IMG/VR virus record: IMGVR_UViG_3300027710_000011
Location: 124,001-188,000 of that record
Direction: 5' to 3' (one strand)
Length of the DNA: 64,000 nucleotides
Below are positions 30,993-40,666 of the stretch, piece after piece. Below the pieces are notes generated by a model. That model was given only the letters and a program-made list of their open reading frames with translations, was not told the origin of the DNA and ran no database searches. A program made the position numbers and the translations under genes. The stretch's first letter is position 1, and each line of letters starts with the position of its first letter.

Positions 30993-31906
30993 TACGCACC
31001 CTCCAGCTCAGCCACGGTTGCTTGCATAGCTTGCACACGTGACTCGCATTGAGCGATGGTCTTCTCCAGCTTGGCGTTCGGGCGCTTGGCTTGGAGTTCC
31101 TTCATGAGCTGCAAACGCAACTCGATGAGGCGCAGCTCTTCCTTGGATTCGTTGAAGCGAGCGACTTGCCACTCGGCAATCACCATGCGAACGAAGTAGA
31201 TCGGATTTGCCTTGGTGGCAATGATGCCTGCCTTCATCGGATCGAGCTTGTTGAGGCCCACCGTGGAGTTCAGGTTGTTCTCGTTGGATTCGCTGACCGT
31301 GATTTCAGGGACTTCGTTCAGCTTCTTCATCACCGTAGCAACGTCGCCGATGGCAGTACCGTAGGCGACCAAGAAGTCGCTGAAGGTTTCTTCCAACCAC
31401 TTGCGCTCGTCCTTGGTGATGGAATCTTCGATCACGGTGCCGGATTCTTCATACCGGGCGCTCTCGTAAACGAAGATCATATTCAGCCACTTGCGGCCGT
31501 ACTTGGACACCAGGTAGATTGCGTTGACGTACTGCAGCACAGCGGCTTGCTTGTAGGTCAGGCCCAGCGACGACACTTGCCCAGACAGGTTTGCTTGCAC
31601 CAGCTTCTCAGCCGTGTTCAAGTTTTCCTGCACCGTCTTCAGATGGTGAGCGATGTGAACAATGGGGTTACCATTGTCAGGGCCGGAAACGCTGCGCTTG
31701 AAGTCGGAAACCATACCGGAGATGGTCTCATCCTTGAACTTCCAACTGCGAGCCAAGTCGGCCGCGAAGCTGTAGGATGCTTGAAGCTTTTCGAGTTCAC
31801 CACGAGTGATGCGGATGTCCTCGATGATGGTGTCCTTGTTGAAAATGGCCACCAGTTTCGAAACGAAGTCTTTGAATTTCATAAGGTCTACGGACCCGAC
31901 TCTCAC
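30992..31906 (-). CDS. virion head protein (gp90-like)
   Basis: NPIYFVRM.IAEWQ followed by a coiled-coil C-terminus; start may be ATG 31882. Confidence 0.65.
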   Translation of the reverse strand: MRVGSVDLMKFKDFVSKLVAIFNKDTIIEDIRITRGELEKLQASYSFAADLARSWKFKDETISGMVSDFKRSVSGPDNGNPIVHIAHHLKTVQENLNTAEKLVQANLSGQVSSLGLTYKQAAVLQYVNAIYLVSKYGRKWLNMIFVYESARYEESGTVIEDSITKDERKWLEETFSDFLVAYGTAIGDVATVMKKLNEVPEITVSESNENNLNSTVGLNKLDPMKAGIIATKANPIYFVRMVIAEWQVARFNESKEELRLIELRLQLMKELQAKRPNAKLEKTIAQCESRVQAMQATVAELEGA

Positions 31907-31947
31907 GCCGGGCGCGTCTCCTGAATAAGAAGGTTGGAAGATAACTC

Positions 31948-31974
31948 TAGACTGGGAGGCACACCTCCCAGTCT
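31948..31974. terminator. hairpin/terminator
   Basis: TAGACTGGGAGG-CACA-CCTCCCAGTCTA. Confidence 0.75.
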
Positions 31975-31981
31975 ATTGTTT

Positions 31982-33118
31982 TTAGAACGATGGCGAAGAG
32001 CCGAGGCGGTACGCCGAAAGGATGTCCGAGATATCGGGACCGGAACCCTTGTTGGCAGCCTTCAGGTCACGGAAAGAAACGCTGACAGGATCAGGAATGC
32101 CGCGGGTGTAGAAAGTCGCACGATCGCGACCCGTATCCACAACGACCAGGATCATCAGGTAGGTCTTTTCGAAAACCTTCTGACGTGCTTTGGAGTCCGC
32201 CATGCGCAGGCCCAGGGCGACTTCGGCTTCCAGACGGGTGTCATCAGACATGATGAGCAGATTGGAAGCCGTGGCGACCGAGAAGTTGCCGGTCACCAAG
32301 CTGGCAACGGCATTGTTCGAGCGGCGGCTCAGGATCGACGAGTAGATGCCGGCCTTGTCGTCCTTCAGATGTTGCTTGTGAGCATCCACCAAATCTTGAC
32401 AAGCAATCAGGTCGCGGAAGAACTCGATTTCACCCGAACGCCACTGGTAAACACGTTCGCTGAACGACACGTCTTTACTTCCGGCGCTAAGAATATGAAT
32501 GAGACTCTTTGGTGTGATGGAATTTGCCATCAGTCGCACCGACACCGGGATGCAGACTTTGTTGTCACCATCGCTCACCGTGACGTTGATCATTTTGCCA
32601 ACTGACAGGTTCGACAGTTGACGAAGTTCTGCGTTGACGTCCTTCTCGACGCTGGCAGATTCCATGGCAATCGCAGCTTGCTCACGATTGCGGATGTCGC
32701 CAGGAACCGGCAGCCGGTGCTCGAAGCTTTGGTAGGATTCCATACCGAGGCTGATCAGATCAACGCGGTCCTTGCCTTCGGCGTATTGTTCCAAACCAAG
32801 CATGTGGCCGGCGATGGAAGCTTTGCCATCACGGTTCGGATTGAGCTTCTCCAAAGTCTTGATGACTTCGACCTGGCCGACACTTGTTGTCAGCGCGGCG
32901 GCTTGCAAGTAGTAGCCACTGAACAAAGCCAACAGGCTTTGCTGGATGTCCGGCAGAGCTTCATTGCTCAGCAACGTTTGGTCGATGAGCAGAAGAGGTT
33001 CGACGCGAGCAGCGCTTGTGTAACCAACCAGGGAATCAGACCCTTCGCGGACACCGGCAAGCATCTTGGTAGCTTGCTGCAAAGCAGCAATGCCGGTAGA
33101 AGCAACTTGTTCGTACAT
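31982..33118 (-). CDS. virion head protein (gp89-like)
   Basis: ARVEP, GYYLQA, LNPNR, NLSVGK, GEIEFFRDLI..QDL; GLE/GME/AME sites. Confidence 0.65.
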   Translation of the reverse strand: MYEQVASTGIAALQQATKMLAGVREGSDSLVGYTSAARVEPLLLIDQTLLSNEALPDIQQSLLALFSGYYLQAAALTTSVGQVEVIKTLEKLNPNRDGKASIAGHMLGLEQYAEGKDRVDLISLGMESYQSFEHRLPVPGDIRNREQAAIAMESASVEKDVNAELRQLSNLSVGKMINVTVSDGDNKVCIPVSVRLMANSITPKSLIHILSAGSKDVSFSERVYQWRSGEIEFFRDLIACQDLVDAHKQHLKDDKAGIYSSILSRRSNNAVASLVTGNFSVATASNLLIMSDDTRLEAEVALGLRMADSKARQKVFEKTYLMILVVVDTGRDRATFYTRGIPDPVSVSFRDLKAANKGSGPDISDILSAYRLGSSPSF

Positions 33119-33148
33119 GATGTATTCCTTAGACAGGATTGATTTCCA

Positions 33149-34234
33149 ATGGGTAATTTAACTTACGACAATCTACAGACGCCTGATGGATCCAGTTCAG
33201 CCATTAAGGCCAAGCTCGATGAAATCAGTGCTAACAACTCGATTGGTCAGATCAGCACGGCGGTTTTCGATACCATCTACGGTATCAACCATCGGCAAAC
33301 TCCCAACTCGGTTGCTATCAACAAAGACTATTATGGTCTGACGTTTTTCACCAGACCAAATATGAACATGCGCACTGCAAACATTCGAGCAGTGCGTCAA
33401 TTCATTCCTCTCCTGAGCACAGAAGAAAAGAGTATGGGTCGCGCGATCCGTGCCATGTTGGACACAGATGCGAGTGAACATCAACACGACACTCCTCTGA
33501 TCGACAATGAACAAGCGTTCATACCTATTCTCACAAACCAACTGGAGTCAATCTCTGGATGGCCTGATGTGACGGTTCCGTTTTATACAACGAAGCCTGG
33601 TGCATATGGTGAAGAGGTCAGTTTTGCTGACGGCATCACGCAGATCTACAGATCATACGATATACGAGCTAACTTTCGTAATATCAACGGTGATCCGATT
33701 ATGAATTTGTTCTTGTACTGGTGCTGGTATCAGTCCATGGCATTTCAAGGTATCGTTACTCCGTACATGAGGCATTTGATTCAAAACACGATGGATTACA
33801 ACACGCGAATTTATCGCTTGGTTTTGGATGAATCTCGTCGCTACGTTCAGAAGATTGGTGCATGCGGCGCAGCCTTCCCGATCGATACCCCGATTGGCAA
33901 CGCATTCAACTTTGACTCTGACGGCCCTATCAATCGCGGTAACGATAAAATCTCGATTACGTTCCATTGCAATGGCGCAATGTATCAAGACCCAATCTTG
34001 GTGCATGAGTTCAACCAAACTGTTTGTGGTCAAAACGCAAACATGATTGGTACGGATGAAGAGCGTTCGAGGAGGCTTGTGAAGTTGACGCCTATCGAGT
34101 GCAATGTTTTCAATCATCGCGGTTATCCACGTATTGATCCCGATACGTACGAACTGCAATGGTGGGTCAAGATAGCTGAATATCGCGAACTGCTCGGGTC
34201 TAACTCTAATGATGATCCGTTGGCAGATTTCTAA
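33149..34234 (+). CDS. virion structural protein (gp88-like, tube/baseplate-related)
   Basis: GLTFFTRP, FIPILTN...SISGWPD, DYNTRIYRLVLD, YPRIDP...EL.WW. Confidence 0.65.
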   Translation: MGNLTYDNLQTPDGSSSAIKAKLDEISANNSIGQISTAVFDTIYGINHRQTPNSVAINKDYYGLTFFTRPNMNMRTANIRAVRQFIPLLSTEEKSMGRAIRAMLDTDASEHQHDTPLIDNEQAFIPILTNQLESISGWPDVTVPFYTTKPGAYGEEVSFADGITQIYRSYDIRANFRNINGDPIMNLFLYWCWYQSMAFQGIVTPYMRHLIQNTMDYNTRIYRLVLDESRRYVQKIGACGAAFPIDTPIGNAFNFDSDGPINRGNDKISITFHCNGAMYQDPILVHEFNQTVCGQNANMIGTDEERSRRLVKLTPIECNVFNHRGYPRIDPDTYELQWWVKIAEYRELLGSNSNDDPLADF

Positions 34235-34255
34235 AAACTACTGAGAAAATTCCTC

Positions 34256-37180
34256 ATGAACAACACAGTCGCTTCCCGTCTAGGGGATGTATCGAAATTC
34301 ATGTACAACCCCTCGGCAATTCAACGAGCTGCGGTTGGCTTGATTTCAGCAGTGACGAACGGCGAGATTGAACTTGTTGATCCGAGCAATCCGGTGGTCA
34401 TGTGTATTGAAAATGCATCGATCAATACTGCTGCTTGGATGATCGAGAATGCAGCTCTGACTCGTCGCCAATACCCGGCTGCTGCCCAGACGATCGAAGA
34501 TCTCTATCCTCACATGAGCGATAAAGATTACATCGATCGCTTTGCAGTACCCACTAAAGGCAACTTCGTCTTCTTCTTCGGTGAAGATGAGATCTTGTCT
34601 AAGCTGGTGGCCGATGCCAGCAACAACGGTGTTCGTAAAGTTGTGATTCCTCGCAACACTTACGTGACGGTCAACGATACGGTATTCAGCTTGCAATACC
34701 CGATCGAGATTCGCCAGATGGCTCACGGTGGTTTGCAGATCGTTTACGACGTAGATGCGCTGTCTCCGCTCCAACGCCTGGCTACCAACTTGATCGAATG
34801 GAAGATCTTGACTGCTGCTGACGGTACTCGTCTGCTGGCCTTCTCGGTCGAGATGACTCAGTTCAAGATCAACAGCCAAAACAACTCAGTGACGAACGCC
34901 ACTGGTTTTGTGCAGAACATCGCGATCACTGATCAATTCTTCTTTGGTCGTGTGTTTCAAAAGAACAACGATGGTTCGTACAAAGAACTGGCTACCACTC
35001 ACACGGAAGAGATCTTTGATCCGGCGACACCTACCGCTGTCTTCACGGTCTTAGAAGGCTCTGTTCGCGTCAAGATCCCTCAGGTCTACTTGACAACAGG
35101 AATGGTGAGTGGTTCGATTCGGATTGACATCTACGAAACCAAAGGTGTTTTGTCGATGAACATGATCTCGTATCGTCCCGAGCAATACTTGCTCAAGTAC
35201 GAAGCATACAGTCCGAGCGAGAAGAATGAGTACGTTGCTCCTTTGGCAACATTGCGCATCAACAGCGTGATGTCGTCTTCGGTGATCAACGCTGGTCAGA
35301 ACGGTCTGACATTCGAGCAGCTTCGCAAACGCGTTATCAGCAATGCGATTGGCTCTCCTGATCTCCCGATTACCAATACGCAGATCGAAGCATCTCTGGA
35401 GCGTGAAGGTTACGCTGTTGTTAAGAACATTGACAACATCACCAATCGTGCATTCCTGGCTGCTCGCTCGTTGCCTGATCCGCAAGCCAGTGAATTGATC
35501 ACAGCAGCTGCTGCGGGTATCAGCACGTTGTCTACTTCAGTCGAAGACGTTGTCAAGGTCTCTACGGTTGTGAATAACGGTGACGTTGTCACGATCAAGC
35601 CAGAGACCTTGTACAAGAACATCAACGGTGTTGTGCAGATTGTTTCTGATTCTGAAGTGTCTGCGCTGAGCGCAATGCCTCCTGATCAGATGGCGATCGT
35701 GGTCAACAATGCCAACTACATGTACACGCCTTTCTACTACGTGATGGATTCGTCCAGCAACGAGTTTGGTTTGCGTGCCTACCACTTGGATACTCCTATT
35801 GTGGAATCCAAGTCGTTCATTGGCGAGAACGATACGACGCTGTTGCAAGTCGGTACTGACCAGTACTCAATCATTCGGTCCGCAAACGGCTATGTGATTG
35901 AAATCCAGACCAAGAGCTCTGATGACTGGAAGGGTTTGCGAGACGATCAAGTGTTTGTCCAGCTGGCTTACATCCCGACGGGCGACGTTGATCGCGCTTA
36001 CGTGCAAGGCATGCTGGTCGGTAAGTCGGATGAGGGTGAACGCATCTATCACTTCCCGATCAATACCACTTGGAAGATTGGCGCAGATAACGAGATGCAA
36101 GTCTCGTCGTTCCTGATGTTCAACAATACACCTCGCAATGTGAACTTGCCGTTGCTGAAGGACTTCGATGTTCTTTACTCGACAAACACGCCTCGTGGTG
36201 CCAATTGGGTTGTGAGTAATACAGACGCGTTCTTGGGCTACTTCTTGCTGCCTCAGGATACGTACGCCATTACTCACGAGACTCTGTCGGTGCGCTTGGG
36301 TCACTTCTTGAAATACTTGTGGTGCCGTGCTCGCACTATTGTTGGTGAAGCCAATTACGAGAAATGGGCGATGGATGTTCCTGCTCTTTACGCAGAGGAC
36401 ATTTATCAAACAGATCCAGTGACCGGTTCTGCATTTGAGATTGATGCTGACGGAAACCTTCAATACACGATTCTCCACAAGAAGGGTGATCCTGTTATCG
36501 ATGATCATGAACGACCTGTTTACAAGCATCGTATCGGCGACATCAAGCTTGACGCCTACGACAGTCCTATCGTGATCAACTCACGCAATCTGGTTCGCCA
36601 GATGGACATGTTCTTGATTGAAGGCAGTTACTACCTGGCCACTAACCAGGTGACTGCTGAGTATCGGAACTACTTGCGTACGACGGTGGTGGATTGGCTG
36701 ACAGAAGACTTGCCCAGCATGGGTAACAACCTTCTGGAACAAACCAGTCTGTTCTACTACCCGATCACAAGCGTGGGACTGATCAAGGTCTTGTTCGCTA
36801 ACGGCCTGGAAACCTATCTAGAAGCCGGTCAATCGTTCCGCTGTACCCTGTACGTCAACAGTGCTGTGTACAACAACTACGACCTGCGTGCGACACTGAC
36901 TGTGAACACCATCAAGACGATCAGTCTTGAGTTGCAAAAGCGCATTGTGTCAATGTCCAACATCATTGACGCATTGAAGACTTCCTACAAGGACGACGTC
37001 ATTTCGATTGAGATGTCCGGTCTGGGTGGGAACAAGAATCTCAACGTGGTAACGATCATCGATGATGCGCAGCGCTTGTCGCTTCGTAAGATGTTGGTGA
37101 CTCGTAACGACGAGACGCTTGGTTTGCAAGAAGGTGTCGAAGTTACGTTTGTGCTTCACGAAAGAGCTAGTTTGATGTAA
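34256..37180 (+). CDS. large virion structural protein (gp87-like, baseplate wedge candidate)
   Basis: 974 aa; DPSNP, LY.HMSDKDY, FSLQYPIEIR, DNITNR. Confidence 0.65.
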   Translation: MNNTVASRLGDVSKFMYNPSAIQRAAVGLISAVTNGEIELVDPSNPVVMCIENASINTAAWMIENAALTRRQYPAAAQTIEDLYPHMSDKDYIDRFAVPTKGNFVFFFGEDEILSKLVADASNNGVRKVVIPRNTYVTVNDTVFSLQYPIEIRQMAHGGLQIVYDVDALSPLQRLATNLIEWKILTAADGTRLLAFSVEMTQFKINSQNNSVTNATGFVQNIAITDQFFFGRVFQKNNDGSYKELATTHTEEIFDPATPTAVFTVLEGSVRVKIPQVYLTTGMVSGSIRIDIYETKGVLSMNMISYRPEQYLLKYEAYSPSEKNEYVAPLATLRINSVMSSSVINAGQNGLTFEQLRKRVISNAIGSPDLPITNTQIEASLEREGYAVVKNIDNITNRAFLAARSLPDPQASELITAAAAGISTLSTSVEDVVKVSTVVNNGDVVTIKPETLYKNINGVVQIVSDSEVSALSAMPPDQMAIVVNNANYMYTPFYYVMDSSSNEFGLRAYHLDTPIVESKSFIGENDTTLLQVGTDQYSIIRSANGYVIEIQTKSSDDWKGLRDDQVFVQLAYIPTGDVDRAYVQGMLVGKSDEGERIYHFPINTTWKIGADNEMQVSSFLMFNNTPRNVNLPLLKDFDVLYSTNTPRGANWVVSNTDAFLGYFLLPQDTYAITHETLSVRLGHFLKYLWCRARTIVGEANYEKWAMDVPALYAEDIYQTDPVTGSAFEIDADGNLQYTILHKKGDPVIDDHERPVYKHRIGDIKLDAYDSPIVINSRNLVRQMDMFLIEGSYYLATNQVTAEYRNYLRTTVVDWLTEDLPSMGNNLLEQTSLFYYPITSVGLIKVLFANGLETYLEAGQSFRCTLYVNSAVYNNYDLRATLTVNTIKTISLELQKRIVSMSNIIDALKTSYKDDVISIEMSGLGGNKNLNVVTIIDDAQRLSLRKMLVTRNDETLGLQEGVEVTFVLHERASLM

Positions 37181-37199
37181 AAAATAAAAGGAGTGTTGG

Positions 37200-37252
37200 A
37201 AGGAGTGTAACCGCCATAGCTAAAAAGCTAATGGCGGTTACACTCCTTTTAT
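37200..37252. terminator. long bidirectional terminator between convergent genes
   Basis: AAGGAGTGTAACCGCCAT...ATGGCGGTTACACTCCTTTT. Confidence 0.85.
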
Positions 37253-37253
37253 T

Positions 37254-37967
37254 TTACGTCTTATTTACAGCTTCTTCTATTGACAACTTATCCCGATTGA
37301 TTCTTTGATGAAGTTTCCAATACGGGATCCCTGATGATTTTGATATCTCAGAGAGACTCATCTGTTGTCCATTGAATAAGAAAGTTTTTGGTTGTGTGAG
37401 TGGGCCAAAAACCTTATCTAGTGGCCAGTTGTTATTTAATCGATTTTCAAGTGTAGCTACTTCAATCCCGATTAAATTGGACCATTCAGAAAGCGTAAGC
37501 GTCTTATCATCAAAAGTGTAAGTGCTTGGTTTGCGAATTTCAGGATTTAAAGCTTCGCTGACGCTAGCGCCTTTACTTAATCTTGTATAAATTGTCTTAG
37601 CAGAAACATTCAACTTTCTGCTCATTTCAGCTACAGTTCCTTTATTTCCATCGTGTTCCAGTACGACATTTGTTCTAAGATTGTTAGCTTGCTCCATAGG
37701 AGTTGCCCAACGACAATTACCAGGTTCGTAATTCCCATTCATGTCGGGGAAGCGATCAATTGAATATTCAGGGCCAGGCTTAGAACCCATATCGGTATAG
37801 AAGTTTTCGAAAGAATTCCTCCATCGATCACAAATCGTAATACCACGACCACCGTAGTTGTGATAAGCAGGATTATTTTGATTAAAACAACGAGCGATCA
37901 TGCTACACCAGCTTTGGTACTCGCTAGTCTTGGACATTCCGTGCGTGCTATTTATACCAGTTACCAT
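37254..37967 (-). mobile_element. free-standing HNH homing endonuclease
   Basis: HGMS...EY.SW.SM..RC.N....Y.NYGGRGITIC.RW..SFENF..DMG.KP...SIDR..D.NGNYEPGNCRWAT..EQANN plus 3 HTH-like repeats; AT-rich; GGAGG SD before ATG 37967. Confidence 0.9.
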
Positions 37968-38110
37968 AATGCCATCCTCCAATTCTTGACACAAAGGTGA
38001 TATGTGGTTATAAAACCGTAGACTTCGTTCTGCATGAGCGCGCAAGTCTTCGTTAATTGAGACGTCATAAATGGAGGGATCACTCCCTCCATTTATGCTA
38101 TCTAGTTTGT

Positions 38111-39562
38111 TTACGAATAAACAAGCTTCTCGATTGCTTCCGGTGTAGAGTTCACCAGGGTTGCCATCTTCTTGCAGTATTGACCCACAAAGAAATCCAT
38201 GTCGATTTGGAAATTCATGCACGCTGTGAGCAATTTCACAGTGTGTTTGTGAATCCAAATCGCCAGCTGCATAGCTGCTTTCAGGAGGTGGTGAACTTCC
38301 TTGATCAACGCAGTGTTGCTGCTCTTTCTCATCTTTTCAATGATAGTAAAGCAACTTTTCATGCAATCGTCGAGGCTGTTCGTTTCTTCAGCTGCGCCCT
38401 TCTCACTGAACTGAATTTCCTTGTTGACAATGAGAATGCGTTCAGCGATGAAACCTAACGTCACCGTATCGCTTTGCTGTTCCGTCATGGGCTCGATGCC
38501 GTCGGTCATTCGCTCCAGCTTTTGAATGTAGCCGAACAAATCACCGTCATGTATACGAGACAGACGTCTCATATAGGTCGATAGCTGTCTCTGAAGATCT
38601 CTATCGGTGGAATCTGCATCAAGACCTTTTAACGTGTCTTTAACAGCGGCGAGCACGTCACCGTTCTGTGCTTTTGAGGAAATGATCTCTTCAAAAACAC
38701 GATCGGTTCTTGAAACAGTAATCGCGCCGTGTTCGTTCTCACAAAACCCCACACGAACTTGTTTCAATCTGTCGAGCAACTTTTCAGTAGCGTCAGAGAT
38801 GGCTGTTTGATCGGACAGGTCTTTTGACAGTTTGGAAACACTGTCGACAAGCTTCTTGGGAGTATGGAAGTTTTTCTCCAGAGCAGTCATGTTCTTTACG
38901 AGAGTTCCAAGACCCTCGCTGCTCTGACGATATTTCCGCATGAGATCGGAAGTGACAAACTTCTTGTACTGCACACGTATCCACTCGATCGCTTCGAGGA
39001 TATATTTCTTGAGCTTCTCAATCAGCTCTTCGATTTTCATCCCCACTTCAGTAGCGTCTATCTCTTTCGAGGATTCACTTCTGCCTAAGCGCTTGAGTCG
39101 AGCCGATATGATCGGATCTTTGGACAAATCAACCCCTTGGCGCTGGTAAAGGGGATTTCGGTTAAGCAGCGGTATGGCTTCAAGCAGCGCGCTTTTCATT
39201 GCTTGGTTGCCGTTTTTATCGGCACTGAAGCTATCTGCCTCATACTCAAACGAAGCCACAACGTTCTTACCAGGCTCGATCTTTTCCATATGGCCGCAAG
39301 CAATGTGACCATACTCGTGATCCATGATTGCATTTTTAGCGGATGCTGAAAGCTTATTCCAAATACTGGTGATCGCGAAGATGATGTGTTCACCGTAAAC
39401 GATCAGATCCGGCTCTCTCACGATGCTTTTGACGTCAATGACAGCGTGTTTTGGAATAGCACCAATCCCCACCATCTCCAGGTACTTGTAGGTACCCATG
39501 TCGGAGAAGTCGCTTTCTTCGATAAACAGAATCTGTCCGTACGCGCACTTTTCGGTTTTCAT
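38111..39562 (-). CDS. zincin-like (HEXXH) domain fused to an internal-head-protein module
   Basis: IMDHEYGH...EYEADSFSA, then DATE and the amphipathic helix IEELIEKLKKYILEAIEWI. Confidence 0.6.
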   Translation of the reverse strand: MKTEKCAYGQILFIEESDFSDMGTYKYLEMVGIGAIPKHAVIDVKSIVREPDLIVYGEHIIFAITSIWNKLSASAKNAIMDHEYGHIACGHMEKIEPGKNVVASFEYEADSFSADKNGNQAMKSALLEAIPLLNRNPLYQRQGVDLSKDPIISARLKRLGRSESSKEIDATEVGMKIEELIEKLKKYILEAIEWIRVQYKKFVTSDLMRKYRQSSEGLGTLVKNMTALEKNFHTPKKLVDSVSKLSKDLSDQTAISDATEKLLDRLKQVRVGFCENEHGAITVSRTDRVFEEIISSKAQNGDVLAAVKDTLKGLDADSTDRDLQRQLSTYMRRLSRIHDGDLFGYIQKLERMTDGIEPMTEQQSDTVTLGFIAERILIVNKEIQFSEKGAAEETNSLDDCMKSCFTIIEKMRKSSNTALIKEVHHLLKAAMQLAIWIHKHTVKLLTACMNFQIDMDFFVGQYCKKMATLVNSTPEAIEKLVYS

Positions 39563-39579
39563 TCTTTATTGCTCCCGTG

Positions 39580-40599
39580 TTAGTGCACGATGATGGGCAT
39601 TCTTGTTACGTTCTTTTGACCGATTTTGCTCATGAGTTGCGAAACCGTCTGAACGTAGACATCTGCTTTCTGAACGACAAATGCCTCAGCGTGAATGATG
39701 TCGGACAGCAACGTGACGACGGCGTCAGTTTTTGATCCAGAACCATCAGTGATAGCCTGCATGCCACCTTCGCTTTCAAGCGTCTTCAGAATTGCCGTCA
39801 ACGTCTTAACGTTGCTCTCATGCGCATCGTTAATGCTGTTAAAAATATTGACGATTTGTTCAATCTTCTTAGCGGCATCGTCAGTGTGGAGATTTTCACT
39901 CACAAGCTTATCAGCTTTTTCGTGAGCGTCGAGGGCCATTGATTTAAAGCTATCGACCTTATCCTTGAGGGACTTGAAGAATTGCTTATTTTCAATGAAC
40001 TTGTCCAGGTTAGCAGCCAGAGTGCTGATCCGAACACAGTCTTCACAAATCGCCATAAAGGCTGCGACATTTTCCTTATCAATGAATTCAGAAAAAATGG
40101 TTCGATCTTTTTCTGACATTTCATCAATAAGCTTATTGCCTTTGCTGGTGACAGAACTTGCAATCAAGGCAAAGCGATTTCCGACATCTTTCGGAACAAC
40201 ATCCTTGCCCTTAAAGAATTTGAGGATCAATGCCTTGCAGGCACGGAACCATTCTGCAAGTTTTGCGATAACAGCTTTGAAGAAGGAAATGATCTTCTGG
40301 ATGATTTCCTTGAAAACGGATTTCTTCTCACCGTCAACTGCCTCAAGGGCAAAGCTGTAACGAGTCTTCGTTACAGCTTGACTGTAGAAGCCCAGAGGGC
40401 AATCGTCAGTAACCATGCCAGGAACCAAGTCCATTGATTCCATAGCGATCTTCTGGTTCATACCACCGATTGCTTGGAGGCTGTTTCGCAGAGAGTCCAA
40501 GCCGCGAAGCTTGGTTACCAACGTACCGACGCTTGGATCTGGAGCGATTTCTTCGAGAGATACCGCGCCCAATTCCGCGTCTTCTTTAAAACCATTCAT
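39580..40599 (-). CDS. internal head protein (paralog of 40667-41965)
   Basis: GGMNQ..AMESM.LVP..VT.DCPLGFYSQ..TKTRYSFALEAV leader. Confidence 0.7.
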   Translation of the reverse strand: MNGFKEDAELGAVSLEEIAPDPSVGTLVTKLRGLDSLRNSLQAIGGMNQKIAMESMDLVPGMVTDDCPLGFYSQAVTKTRYSFALEAVDGEKKSVFKEIIQKIISFFKAVIAKLAEWFRACKALILKFFKGKDVVPKDVGNRFALIASSVTSKGNKLIDEMSEKDRTIFSEFIDKENVAAFMAICEDCVRISTLAANLDKFIENKQFFKSLKDKVDSFKSMALDAHEKADKLVSENLHTDDAAKKIEQIVNIFNSINDAHESNVKTLTAILKTLESEGGMQAITDGSGSKTDAVVTLLSDIIHAEAFVVQKADVYVQTVSQLMSKIGQKNVTRMPIIVH

Positions 40600-40666
40600 G
40601 TTGTTACCTCAGGTGTTTTTTATTCCGGAATTGGTGCGGTATCAGCACTCCTGCATTTATGCTGCT

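Noticed and set aside
28452-31052. 866-aa plus-strand ORF and other long antisense ORFs (13762-14988, 20191-21876, 23985-25280, 26819-28225, 49389-51749)
   Set aside because: These are shadows of strongly codon-biased minus-strand genes, with no SD or recognisable motifs
37968-38258. 96-aa N-terminal extension of the HNH ORF
   Set aside because: It overlaps the upstream gene; the GGAGG SD and promoter motif point to ATG 37967
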